A DNA stretch of 64,000 bases from Camelus dromedarius. Lineage: Eukaryota. This document shows positions 1 through 12,450 of the stretch, piece after piece; within the stretch, counting starts at the first letter, position 1; the number at the start of each line of letters is the position of its first letter. The translations under genes and the position numbers were made by a program. The notes under the pieces were generated by a model that did not search any database, had not been told where the DNA came from, and was given only the letters and a program-made list of their open reading frames with translations. The stretch is taken from contig NC_087437.1 of NCBI RefSeq assembly GCF_036321535.1, positions 4,092,001 through 4,156,000 of the forward strand, in the 5' to 3' direction.

Positions 1-509
1 AGGCTCCCTCAGCAATACTCAGTGAAACTTATTAACTGTCACAGGATATGTACATGCACTTCCCACGCATCCCTCACGTGTCCTTATGAAACACAGAATA
101 AGCAGGAACTCTAATACTCATTGTGCAGAAGATGAGGCTGAGACTCAGAGAACTCGCCCGAGGTCCCAACTTGAGGATCAGATCCAGGCTTGTCTGGAGT
201 CCCTATGCTGAATTTCCTCCTTCACAACTTCCTGGGGGGCCAGGGATGCGACATCATGCAGGTTCCATGCTCTGCTGTGAGATCGTGATGCTGGAAGTGA
301 CAGCTTAGCAAGCAAGTGCCTTCCTTCGGGAAGAGCAGCTTTTCAGACATACACTCCTGAAGTCTCAGTAAGTTCCAGCTCTTAATGATGGACGCACAAC
401 ACTTAGGTGCGAGTTCTTTATAGCGGGAGCATCGGATAAACTAGATGACGACTCTATTGGGAAACCTGGCAGACAGAACGGGGTTTCACAATTTGCTTGG
501 TTTGTTGCT

Positions 510-915
510 TCCTGTATGACCTGGGCCAGGTTATTAATATTCCTCAGAGACCTGGTTTCCTCATGTATAAATGGGACTAGAAATACAAACCACGGAGGGT
601 TTGGGAATTTGGTGAGCTAATGCATTTAAAGTGCTTTAAAAATGGGTGACCCTGTTTTTGTTTTGTAAAAAAATTCATTTGTATCATTTTTTTTTTTAGA
701 TTCCACATATAAGTGATATCATATGATACTTTTCTTTTTCTTCCTGGGTTACTTCACTTAGTGTGATGATCTCCAGGTCCATTCATGTTGCTGCAAATGG
801 CATATTCTTTTTTTATGTCCGAGTAGTATTCCATCATATATCTACACCATTGTAAACTGGCTATACTTCAATTAAAAAATAATGCTTGCCTCTCCAGAGA
901 TGCTCAAGAAATAAT
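510..915. mobile_element. MIR relic interrupted by an inverted L1 3' fragment (about 645-880)
   Basis: MIR core (tgacctgggc...tttcctcatgtataaatggg...taatgcatttaaagtgcttta) resumes after the insert (atgcttgcc...gatgctcaagaaat). The insert is a minus-strand L1 3'UTR piece plus a plus-strand L1 terminus. Confidence 0.65.
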
Positions 916-1329
916 GATTCTCAGTCACTTCCCTACTATCTCCAGGCAGCTGACTGTCCTTTTACATAAAATAAATCCTACGGACAACCAGAGAATCAGA
1001 GATGATTTAACTGCACACGTGAGAAAACTAAGAAAGTACAGTGATTTCTCTGAAGTTACACATATTTTAATAAAAGGCAAAGCAAGATGTTCAGGCTCAA
1101 AGCCTGGTTTGCTTTGAGACACACCAAGTCCTGTCTGATTTCCTTGACCTGGGCGTTTATAGTTTTAGGAGAGTTGGTATCCTCTGATGTAATGTGCACA
1201 GGTTCTGAAGCTCTCTCAGCCTGCATTCCAGCCTTGTCAGTCTTTAGCCCACAGCTTGGCTACAAAGACCTCACACATCCCTGTTTGCTACAGTCATCAC
1301 TTGAAGTTCATTGTTATAGAGCACTTTCC

Positions 1330-1362
1330 TCATTCATTCATTCATTCCATTCATTCATTCAT
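1330..1362. repeat. (CATT)n microsatellite, probably an L2 tail relic
   Basis: cattcattcattcattccattcattcattcat. Confidence 0.8.
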
Positions 1363-2716
1363 ATACTCATGACTGTTCTCTTTAAAGATAACTCACTGAC
1401 TGCTTGGAGTACACACTCCTGGTTTTGACTTCCCACGTGGTTTTCTTTTACTCACTCAAGTCCAAGACTAGGTGGTTCTGAGATCATTCCCTGACTCCTA
1501 ACTGGAGATGGGTATTTCATGGAAAACCAGAAAATAATATGGAAGGTTTGGCTGAGGTCACCAGACACATTCCAAAGTAGGGGGAACATGTAAAGCAGGA
1601 TTTACAAAGACAGTAGTCCCTGATCAATGACAGCACTCTTTTTTCGTTAGTTTCTTTTTTTTTTTTTTTAAATTATAGTCCGTTTACAATGCTGTGTCAG
1701 TTTCTGCTATACACCATAATGTTCAGAATTACGGGACTCTTCACCTCAAGTTGACATCCTGGGTCTTATGAAAGGTTTGAACTTGGAGTTTAGAAGGGCA
1801 CTTTGGAGATGGCTGTTGTGTGCTGTGAGGTCCCTCCCCATAAGCACACACACACATAGACAAGGAGGGGAGGTAATGTCCTGTTTAAGTCAAGAGAGGG
1901 GACCTTCCAGAGGTAACTTGGAGATGACACAGCCTAGAAATTCTACAGAATGAAACAGGCTGGCACACTGCTCTGTCTGCCAAGGAGAGGTGGCCTCACT
2001 GTGGGGCTGTACCTTCCGGTGCTTATGGAGTCAATTGATATGTTATTGTTTTCCATGGAGCAGACTGGCGTAAGAAAGAGCTGGGGTGGGGGGCGGGTGG
2101 GCTCCTCGGATCTCTCCTCTGAGAAGCCTGCCTGGAGGGACAAAGACCTGACAGCAGATAAAGCTGGAGGCGTCACCAGATGCCCAGAGGCTGAGGAAGG
2201 CATAAAGGAACACTGGGGACTGAGATGGGAGCTCCGGGGAGAGATGCCCTGACAAATGTGCTTGGTCGGGGTGGAGAGGGTGGGGGGCAGGCGGGGAAGT
2301 CTTTGAAAACTTTATGAATGGGTACGGCGTTGACACGGACTGCAGAGAAAACAATTCCTGACAGGTGCCATCAGCAAGGACTTCCGGGCACCTCTTTGGC
2401 TTCCCTCCCTTCCCCAGCCCATTCTGGAGTGGCCAGAAACCACAGTTAGTGAGAAGGGGCAGGAGTGCGAGGTGGGCACCAAGGATCAAATGCTCGCTGT
2501 GTGTGGCCTCTTCTGTCATAGCCAGTGAGCGCTCAGTGGCAGGGAAAGCAGAGGAACCTTGACCCAAGTGTCAAGTGTGAATGGCCCCACCGTGATGGAC
2601 ACATCAATCACCAAGAAGAGGCTACTTATCTCCTGAAAGTGACTGAGGGCAAGGGAAGAGGGGACCCTGGAAATAAATGTGATGGGTCCATCACAGACAA
2701 AAATAAAGTGCTTTGC

Positions 2717-2842
2717 GGGGAGGGTGTAGCTCAGTGGCAGAGTGTGTGTTTAGCATGCAGGAGGTCCTGGGTTCAGTCCCCACAACCTGCACTAAAATAA
2801 ATCAATAAAAACCAAATTACCTGTCTCCCTCTCTCCCCCAAA
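2717..2842 (+). mobile_element. tRNA-Ala-derived SINE (Vic-1-like camelid SINE)
   Basis: ggggagggtgtagctcagtggcagag (A box) ... ggttcagtccc (B box) ... aaataaa...aattacct tail shared with the other copies. Confidence 0.85.
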
Positions 2843-2845
2843 TAG

Positions 2846-2975
2846 TTTTTTTTTTTTTTTGGTAGGGGGAGGAGACAATTAGGTTTATCATTTATTTAAT
2901 GGAGGCACTGGGAATTGAACCCAGGACCTTGTGCATGCTAGGCATGCATTCTACCACTGAGCTATACCTTCCCCC
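2846..2975 (-). mobile_element. tRNA-Ala-derived SINE, inverted and adjacent to the previous copy
   Basis: Poly-T tail, then the reverse complement of the same SINE ending ...ccactgagctataccttcccc. Confidence 0.85.
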
Positions 2976-3168
2976 TCCTCAAAAAAATTAAAATTAAAAC
3001 AGCTGAACAAAAATTTTTTTAAAACAATGAAGTGATTTGATAATGACAATCCAGGGGCCATGCTTATTTAAAGTAGCATTAAATGTGCACTTTTCTCATT
3101 TCATCTTCACAACAACCTTCCCAACTGGGTGCTGTCATTCACGTTGTACAGGTGAGAAAATTACACTT

Positions 3169-3429
3169 GGATTGTTTACAAAGTCCGGGGAAATTATGGG
3201 AAGGGATAAATATGGGAGTTTGCAATTTACAAATGTTAACCACTATATATAAAGATAGATTTTAAAAAGTTTCTTCTGTACAGCACAGGGAACTATGCTC
3301 AATATCTTGTAATAATATTTAATGGAAAAAATATGAAAATGAATATATGTATGTATATGCATGACTGGGACATTGTGCTGTACACCAGAGATTGACACGT
3401 TGTAACTGACTGTACTTCAATTAAAATTA
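3169..3429 (+). mobile_element. Short L1 3' end with a micro 5' inversion, inserted in a MIR
   Basis: L1 terminus gggaagggataaa...tgtacttcaattaaaa; TSD-like aaaattacactt (3157-3168) and aaagttacactt (3430-3441). Confidence 0.8.
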
Positions 3430-4129
3430 AAAGTTACACTTAGAAAAGTTAAGTCACTTGTCCAAGAAAAAATGGCGATTGAGTTGGGATTTGTAGCTTA
3501 GCTGTCCATCTGCCTCATGGCAGTCGTGTGGCTTTCCTCTCCCTGGTGGAAATCCAGGGTTAACAACTACCATAGGTAGTTAGAATCACAGCCCACCCCC
3601 GGGTACTTTTATAAAAATAGAAAAAGTTCTCTCTCTTAAAAGACCTTTCCTTCCATTAACTGGAAAAATGTCAAAATGTGCTAATTTTAAAGAAGATATT
3701 TAGCAACTTCCCCAGTAAACGGTTGTGGTAAGGCTCTAACTAAGCCTCCAAGGATGCTGCCTCACTCCCTGCGCCCCAGCACGCGGCAGCCCCGTTGCCA
3801 GGCAGCCATAACCTGTCAAACAGTTGATTTCTCTGAGACGTGTTCTTCAAGCTCTGAAACCCACCAGATTGCGAACAGCGGCCTCTCCCTCCCACCTTTG
3901 GAAGCTGAGGCATTCCCAATTCACAAAGGGGGCACGTGCCCCCAAGAGGCCAAGAGCAAAAAAAAAAAAAAAAAAGACAGTCTCTCGGACATCTTGTATC
4001 TCAATTCACAAGCCACAAAAAATGCTTGCTAACTGTGAAAAGTTCCACTGGAATTCCGGAGGCATGGATCAAAATGCTCGCAAGGGCCCCAGGGGGAGAA
4101 CAGACTGGCAGGACACCCGGAATACTCAC

Positions 4130-4699
4130 GGCTCTCGCCCCCCGAGGTGCAGATGTTGCGCACGATCCTCTTCTTGACCTTCTTCAGTTCGTCGAAGTTG
4201 TGGACGGTCAGTTTTTTATCCGCGGTCCCGGTGATCTGAACGAGCTGCTGGTCATCTACATCCCCGATGCCCACGGAGTAGATGTCAACGCCCTTGTGTC
4301 TCAGCTCTTCGGCCGCCTGGGCCACCTCGTCCTGGGACTGGCCGTCGGTGAGGACCAGCAGCACCTGCGGGGCGCCCGCACCGATGCGGCTGCCCGCGTC
4401 CGGCCGGAAGTAGCGGCCCACCTGCCGTAGCGCGGCGCCGATGTGCGTGTAGCCGAAGATCTGCTGGACGCGCGCGATGCGCGAGGACACCGCCTGCCGG
4501 CCGCCCCAGGCGCCCAGCGGGAACTCGGGCCGGTAGGTGTGGCTGAACTGCGCCGCGCCTACGCGCACTCTGTCGGCGCCCACGTCGAGGTCTTCCACGA
4601 TGGACGCCAAGAAGTCCTTCATCTTCCGGAAGTCGTCCGGGTGAATGCTGTTCGAGCCATCCATGAGGAAGACGAGATCTACCTTTTCAATTTCGCAAT
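4130..4699 (-). CDS. COL6A6: COL6A6 exon, VWA domain 6 (570 nt, phase 1-1); gene continues left of the window
   Basis: tttttgtag|AT TGC GAA ATT ... GAG AGC C|gtgagt; encodes CEIEKVDLVFLMDGSNS...NICTSGGES. Confidence 0.96.
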
Positions 4700-4810
4700 C
4701 TACAAAAAGAGGAGAGACATCAGATGGTTATCCTTTCTCTAACCCAGCAGGCGGCGGTTCGATGTTTGCAGCTATGGAGAAATGCTATTTGTTTTATTAT
4801 TTTTAATCAA

Positions 4811-4926
4811 TTTTTTGGGGGGGAGTAATTAGGTTTTTATTTATTTATTAATGGAGGTACTGCGGATTGAACCCAAGACCTCGTGCGTGCTAAGCACACA
4901 CTCTCCCACTGAGCTAAACCCTCCCC
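4811..4926 (-). mobile_element. tRNA-Ala-derived SINE
   Basis: Reverse complement of the SINE consensus, ending ...cactgagctaaaccctcccc. Confidence 0.85.
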
Positions 4927-7227
4927 TAAGAAATTATGTTTCTGAAGGTAGTTTCTTATCTTACACCACCTGGTGGTCCCACTAATTGGAGAGGAAATAA
5001 AAACAATCCCATCAGAAAGGTAACACAAGACTGAACAAGTCCCACATCCTTCGGGGCTTCTCTTGGCTTTTCTGCTGGGTCTCACACCATTTTCTTTTCC
5101 GAGGTGCCTGCGAACTGGGGATGGTGACACAGAAAACCTGTCCTCACCAGCAATCTAGCCATAAATCTTCCAGAAAGCTCATGGCCAGCAGTAGCATAGC
5201 AGGGATAAACATAGCAACACACATCCACTTAGGGACCCAAGCAAAGAGACAGATGGTCTGTGTTACTGACTTGGCCTCACCGGCCAGCTGAGCCAATAAA
5301 ACGCTTTTCTCATTTACGAGGGCAAGTTGAGATTTTAGAATCATGCCTTCCAGCCTCTATCTAGTCAATCTGCCTCTTTCTGGTGTATACAGCCTGCATT
5401 CTGGTGTCCATAGGCAAAAGTACCTACTGGAGAAAAAAGGTTTTGAACAACAAAACATGGTTTAGACATACTTCCTTTGTATTAACAGCAAATACAAAAC
5501 AAAAAGAATGTGACAGATCTTTGCCAATGAATGAGTTATGCTTGGCACACACTCACATGAGCTCCTTAGCCTTCTGGTAAACATTAGCCTTTCCTTGAAT
5601 TCCTCAGAGAGCTCACGACCGACCTAACTTTATTCTCATTTTAACCTCAGGAAAGATTCAAGGTGTCTGAGATGCCCGCAGTCAAGATAAGCAAGAAAGA
5701 GAAACATGGTAAGTAGGATTACTGAGTTACATCCCTTTGTCTCCGATTCAAATAAAGGAAATAAAGAACTTTTTTTTCTCCCCAAGGAAGGAATTTTAAT
5801 ATAAAAATTCAATTTTAGCTTCTACAGTGGACTTGCAAAGGGCAGATTGATTTTTTTAGATACTGGCCAACAGAAGGTAAGAGGTTCATCCCAGTATTCT
5901 GTAAGATCCAGATGTATTTTGTTAGCTTTGTGAAAGAAAAAGATAGTAGCTGTATTCTCAGGAGGCCAGGCAGACGAAAAACAGAATAAGCTAAATAATT
6001 TTTAAAAAGAACTGCACCAAGATACTGAAATCCTGGATTCACATTAATTCATCTAATAAAAACACTTAGTATTTTTTAGTAAAACATATCCCCCTAAAAA
6101 TACTAAGGAATTTTAATAGACCACAATCTCCCTTTGAAACCAAAGTGGAAAATGGCAGCTGAATGAATGAATGAATGAAAATATACATACATGGATGTGG
6201 CAATGTAATCTCCAGCTGTCAGAATAGAAACCCAACATCGTGGGCAAAAGAAGTCCCACAGGCATTCTGCTCTGGAAACATCTGAGGCTAAAATCGAGTG
6301 CTTAACATTGGGCTCCATGTTTTATTTTATTTTATTTTGCTTTTTTTTTTTTTTTTTTAAAGAATCTAGCTGTCTTTTATTAAGCCAGACACTAAACAGA
6401 TTTTCAAAATATAAAATAACATCATTCTTCTTTTTTTGCTTCAGAAAATTCAGTTGTATTTCATTAAAAATATATTATTTATGTCAACATGGACTTGATA
6501 TATTATTATTTTTAATAAATGGAGAAATATTTTACCGATGACTCAATTTTAATTTCAAATGCAATAAATATGAGCAGATATAATCCAGCCAAACAAAGCA
6601 CAGGGTCATCACTAAATGTGACTGTAAAGAGATCCTGAGACCAAAAACTTTGGTGGGACAACAATATCTTAGTTTTAATCTCAAATCCTGGTCAAATAGA
6701 CTATGCAAACAAAACAGAATGAAACCAATCATTCTACATGGTTTCGGTAGACTTGGGCACAGGCCCCCTCATTTGTGTTTGGTGAGGGGCTCTGCGTTTT
6801 CAACGAGCTCACAGCTGTAACAGACATGGGTGCAGGGTCAAGGGCACTTCCAGACTGGAGGGGAGAGGACCTCAGGCCGTGATCACCGGTTCTCAGGGAG
6901 AGAGGAACTTGATTTCTTGCATCAGGAGCAGGAAGAACTAAGGAGTGAAAGTGGTGTGTAAACAAATCTGTGTGCCAGTAAATAAAGGCTGTTGGAAAAC
7001 GGTGGCTTTCCCGTCTTCGTTAGAGTTGAGGCAGAAGCAAGCAGGACTGTCACAGAAACCCGAGGAAACTCCCTTGAGGCCTTTCCAACCTGGGATTCCA
7101 CAGCGTGGGCATTTCTACCAGACCACCAGCACCCCTTCTCTCCCCTCCACCCTGGAGAACTTGCCCCCGAGGGCTAGTGCTTTGACCGCTGCTGATCATA
7201 AAGAAAAACTTCATGGACAAACCTTAC

Positions 7228-7803
7228 CTACTTTTGAAGAGTTACACACACTGGCGGACACGTCTGAAAATATCCCCTTCAGGCCTCCGAAAGTTTCCAC
7301 GAAGAAGTACTTGTCGCTCGATCCCGCCATGGCCAGCAGCTCCACGGGGTTGGCCCCCGCGATCCCCACGGCCAGGACAAGAATGCCCTTGTCCCGCAAG
7401 GCCCTGGCTGTGGCATTGAGCTTGTCAGCATCATGGGACTCCCCGTCGGTGATCACGATGAGGACCTGGGGGACCCCCTTGTCCAGGCGGCTGCCCCGGG
7501 CTTCGGTGAACATGTGGTCTGAGAAGCCCAGGGCCTCGGCTGTATAGGTGTTGCCCCCCATGGGCTGGTCATTCCGGAGCACCGAAATCACCTCCCATTT
7601 TGTGTCAAGGTGGTCCAGATAGAACAGCACCTCCGGGTCGTCGGCGTATTTCAGAGCCCCAAACCGGACCTTGTTCTTGCCCACGTCAGCTTTCTTCACC
7701 AAGTCGACCATGAAATCCTTCATGGTATTATACTCATCCTGGTCGATGCTGCCAGAGCTGTCAATCACAAACACGACGTCCAAAACCTCAATGCGCTTGC
7801 ACT
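7228..7803 (-). CDS. COL6A6: COL6A6 exon, VWA domain 5 (576 nt, phase 1-1)
   Basis: cttccag|AG TGC AAG CGC ... AAA GTA G|gtaagg; encodes CKRIEVLDVVFVIDSSGS...VCNSSKV. Confidence 0.96.
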
Positions 7804-9372
7804 CTGGAAGAGGCGGAGAAAGGACAACCGTAGGAGATGAGCTTTGTGCATCCCGGGGCATCCCCTCCCCCCACCTGCTTGTCAATTGCCAGCGTCTCCT
7901 CTCCCTGTCACCAAGCTGTTTACTCATCAGAACGCCTGATCCCTGGGTAGCAGACATGGCACAGATCCCCTTGGGTGGCGAGTACATGGGGATGCTCATT
8001 TAGGTGAGCCTTTAGGACAAGGCAGATGTGACATGAAGCCTGCTGGAGCCGGTGGGGAGACAGTCACGGGGTCATCGGAAACGAACATGTCATGGGCTTT
8101 CAGATAAAAAAAAAAAAAAATCACCATTCTGTAGAAATTTTCCTATATAAGTGGTGCCTTCAGCATGTGCTTCCATTTATGCAAATTTGTCTATTTAGTT
8201 TTTTAAAGCCATGGGGATCATGAGATTTCATTCTTGAGCTAGACCTTGGGGAAATGACTGAATGAACATGAATTTGGCCACGATGTATTTTTTCACGGTT
8301 ATACATGGCTGGCTTTTCAAGGTTACATTTGTTCCCTTTTTGACTTCCTGGAAACGTTATCTGTTTTCATGGTTGGGCCTCATCATAGAAATAATCCATT
8401 TCACACTTGGCCCCAACAAGGGATCCCTGCCTGATGGTCTAGTGAACGTTTTTAAACATGGCGTCAATGCCAGGGAAAAGTAAAGCAAGAAAGACCCAAG
8501 TAGTTTGTGGGTCTAGCACATTCTCCGTCCAAGTGCAGAGTTCCAAACTCCAACTCACTCATTCCCGAGAAATGGAATGATTTAGTCCACTTAGTCCATA
8601 ATCTCTCCACAGGCCTTTGAGAGTGGGTTCCAAATGTTAACTCATCCATTCTGGAGAAACAGAATTGTGAGAAGGGACCCCCACCCCCACCCCCACGTCC
8701 CCTTCTTAGGCAGCCCCTTGCTTGCTACGTGGTGTGACTGTTGCAAATGCCAGAGCCAGTGCCCTTCCCCAGTGCCTAGAGGCCATGTGTACAGAGTCAT
8801 GACCAAAGTCTCCAGAAATACTATGTCCACGAAAGAAGAAACTATGTTTCTCTGGCCTTTGGTTGCCCTGGGGAGCCTGCGTGCATTACCCAGGGGGTCG
8901 GGGGTAGACTGCTCAGTGTTGGCACCCTTCAAAGAGTTCCAGTTTATTCTGGGTGGAGTTACCAGGAAATATCCCTCTTCCACCAGATACATACCATAGT
9001 CAGCAAACCTAGTGGGGGTTGAACAGAACTGTTATTTGAATAACCATGTTCCTCTTTCCCTTCCAAACTCCATTCAGAGCCATCTCCTTCACAGAGGTTT
9101 TCAGAACACCTCTGTCACCAGGCCCCATGGGTGACAGCGTAAATCAGCCCCTTATGTTGGCTGAGCTTGTGTTCTATCCCTTCCTTTACTCTGTAGCTTC
9201 GTGGGAACAGGATGGTAACTATCCTAGTCACTTCCTTTGAAGCATTCTTTGCTCAGGTTTCTGTACTGCATTCCTCCTCTATAGGATTCCATAAATATCC
9301 AAGTGATTTTACTAACATTATCTCATTTTTTATATGCCTTGGTTCTTAAAAATTGTAAAATGAACAAACATA

Positions 9373-10195
9373 TGTAGTGGATGTTAGGTCAGAGCAGAGC
9401 CACCTTGCCTGAGAGGTTATGCCCTTCCACTGTCTGCCTTATCGGATCCCACGTGGCCCCAAAACTCAGGTTGTAGGAGGCTGGGCTCCTCGTCTCGAGG
9501 TGATGTAATTCCCCCCCTACTCTGTGATGTGATTCACACCCCAGCACTCCCCATGGGACCTGGCTAGACTCCAGGGGAGACCACCTCCTTCCTTCACTCC
9601 TACCCGTGCCCATCCTGTGCTCCTCACGCCCCCTCTGAAAACACCTCTCGAAAAGAAATACTACTCATCCATAAAAAGAATGAAATAATGCCATTTGTAG
9701 CAACATGGATGGACCTGGAGGCCACCATTCTAAGTGAAGTAAGCCAGACAAAGAAAAATACCACATTATATCACTTACATGTGGAATCTAAAAAAAGTGA
9801 CACAATTGAACTTATTTATAAAACAGAAACAGACTCTCAGACACAGAAAGAAACTTGTTACTGGAGTGGGGTGTGGGAAGGAGGTGGGGAAGGAAAAATT
9901 GGGAGTTTGGGATTTGCAGATACTAACTACTATATTTAAAATAGATAAACAACAAGGTCCTACTGTACAGCACAGGGAACTATATTCAGTACCTTGTAAT
10001 AGCCTATAATGAAAAAGTATATGAAAAGGAATATATAACACACACACATACACACATATATAACTGAATCACCATGCTGGGCACCAGAAATGAACACATT
10101 GTAAACAAACTATTGCGTCAATTAAAAAAAAAAAAAAACAAAACCCCACTTCCACAAGAATCCCTGACTCTGCTTCTTGGGACCCAGACCTAAAA
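9373..10195 (+). mobile_element. Old ERVL/MaLR-type LTR relic interrupted by an L1 3' end (about 9650-10140)
   Basis: L1 3'UTR (atgccatttgtagcaacatggatggacctggag...poly-A). The right flank ends ctctgcttcttgggacccagacctaaaa, similar to LTR16/LTR33 termini. The LTR family is uncertain. Confidence 0.6.
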
Positions 10196-10522
10196 TCCAG
10201 TATAATACCGTTTTTCTTAACCAGCTGTTTTGTCTACAAATGGGGAAGAATCTAGATGGAACAAAAATGTAACTGACCATACTTTAATTAAAAAATAAAT
10301 AAAATAAATTTAAAAATTTAAAAATCAATATGCAGAGTGAGGAAAAACACCAAAACCCAAAACACACGAACAAAAAGTGTTCCTTACTATCTAAGGAATG
10401 GTTCCATTGAGAAAACTCACATTTTTGTATGTAGGTCAAAAGCCACCAGGATAAACATTTCAATTAAACTCAAAGTTTACACTGTTCAAATAGTAGTCTA
10501 GTTAGTCCAAGAAAAATGACTC

Positions 10523-10688
10523 CACAAGGTCCTACTGTACAGCCCAGGGAACTATATTCACTCTCTTCTAATAACCTGTCATGAAAAAGAATGTGAGAAA
10601 GAATATATATGTATAACTGAATCACTACGCTGTACACCAGAAACTAACACAACATTGTAAATCAACTCTACTTCAATAATTAAAAAAA
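10523..10688 (+). mobile_element. Short L1 3' end
   Basis: caaggtcctactgtacagcccagggaactatattc...ctacttcaataattaaaa. Confidence 0.85.
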
Positions 10689-10810
10689 GGGGGGGAGGGC
10701 ATAGCTCAAGTGGTAGGGTGCGTGTTTAGCACGCACGAGGTCATGGGTCCAATCTCCAGTACCTCTTCTAAAAATAAATAAACCTAATTACCTCCCCACC
10801 TTCAAAAAAA
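10689..10810 (+). mobile_element. tRNA-Ala-derived SINE inserted in the L1 A-tail
   Basis: ggggagggcatagctcaagtggtag...aaacctaattacctcccc. Confidence 0.85.
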
Positions 10811-10949
10811 CCAAAACAACAACGACAACAACAATAGCCCCCGCTCCCCCGTCCAAAACAACAAAAACAGACAAAAAAAAAAAGAAACAATGGCTGAGAT
10901 GGAAGTTTGGTGTCTGGCTAGTGCCCCGGATGGATACGCCCACACCTAC

Positions 10950-11507
10950 CTTCCCGAGGGCTGCAGATCCCGAAAACGAGGTCATCTTCAATGTGCTGGA
11001 GGATGTCAAAATTCTCAACGTAGAAGACCATCTCCGGCCTGCCGCTGATCTCCTCGAGCTGGGTGACGTTGGAGCCGAACACGCCCACAGAGTAGATGAT
11101 GATGCCTTCTTGCCGGAGCGCCACCGCTGGCTCCTTGACGGCATCCTGAGCCTCACCATCCGTGATGAGGATGAGGAACTTCCTGACACTGGGCCGGGCC
11201 CCCTTGGCCGGGCTGAAGTACTGAGACACGAAGGTCAGGGCACTGCCGGTCAAGGTGGTCTCTCCAATGTGAGCCATTCGGTCTATGGCATCTGTAATGT
11301 CCCCCTGGGACCCATATGTGTCGAGCTGGAACTCTTCCTTGTTGACGTGGCTGAACTGGACCAAGCCGATCCGCACCCAGTCTGCCCCAATCTGAGATTT
11401 GCTCACCAGGTTTTTCATAAATGTTTTCATTTTGATGAAGTTGTCCAGTCCTATACTGCCAGAACTGTCCACCAGAAACATGATGTCTGCCTTCATCTCC
11501 TTGCAGG
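10950..11507 (-). CDS. COL6A6: COL6A6 exon, VWA domain 4 (558 nt, phase 1-1)
   Basis: gtgcag|CC TGC AAG GAG ATG ... CGG GAA G|gtaggt; encodes CKEMKADIMFLVDSSGS...GICSPRE with DxSxS/T/D MIDAS residues. Confidence 0.96.
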
Positions 11508-11702
11508 CTGCACGGGAGAAAGGAGGTGTTTAATTCAACTTGGCTTCATGTAAAAAGATGAAGAGTGAATGGGGAGACCCTAAACACAAATAATTCCCTA
11601 TCAGAGTTCAGTGCGTGCTTGGTAAGGACTCTTTGCTGGTAAATAAGGCATTGGAGGCCATAAAAGTGAGACTAGGCTATTGGTTAGTTAGTAATGTACG
11701 AC

Positions 11703-11927
11703 TTGGGGCTTTTCAACCTCAGCACTGCTGACATTGGGGGCTGGAAAATTCTTACTGTGGAGGGAAATCCACGCACTGCAGGAGAGTCTAGGATGTTTAG
11801 CAGCCTCCCTGACCTCTACCTCCTTAGATGCCAGTCACCCTCCTTTGATTGTGACAACCAAAAATGTCTCTACACATGGCCAGCTCTCCCCCGGCAGGGC
11901 AAAATCATCCCTGGTTGAAAACTACTG
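11703..11927 (+). mobile_element. MER20-like hAT-Charlie DNA transposon relic
   Basis: ttttcaacctcagcactgctgacattgggggctgga...ccctggttgaaaactactg matches MER20 as I recall it. Confidence 0.8.
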
Positions 11928-11981
11928 ATCCAGCCAGCTCTACAAGATTCCGCACAAGTTTTATTAAAAAGCAATCAAGCA

Positions 11982-12100
11982 GGGAGGGTAGAGCTCAGTG
12001 GGAGAGCATGTGCTTAGCATGCACGAGGTCCTGGGCTCAACCCTAGTACCTCTGTTCACAATAACTAAAATAAATAAACCTCATTACCTCCCCCAAAAGA
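11982..12100 (+). mobile_element. tRNA-Ala-derived SINE
   Basis: gggagggtagagctcagtgggagagcatgtgcttagcatgcacgaggtcctggg... Confidence 0.85.
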
Positions 12101-12450
12101 ATTATCAAAAAGCAATGCAAATAAACCTGAAATGCTCGTTAAAATCAGAAATCAGCTGATCATACTGGACATGTGGTATCTAATCATAGATCTCCCCTCC
12201 CATGGATTTGTGGGAAGATGCTAATTAATACTTAATAGAAACCAATGAATATGAATGCCTCCAAGTATCTTTCTTACCCTTCAGATACTAATTAGAGCAA
12301 CACCTTAACGGGTCCTTAGTTTTGTTCTTGAGAATAAACAGCTACACAACTCAACCAGTCTCTGCCAGGACACTTGTGCTGTTTCTCTACACCTGTGATG
12401 TCAGATGGGGCAGGAAGGCAGCGTGGGCGCTGAAGTCAAAAGGCAAGGCC

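Noticed and set aside
1..4129. Next COL6A6 exon (VWA7)
   Set aside because: No matching VWA-like reading frame was found. It presumably lies left of the window.
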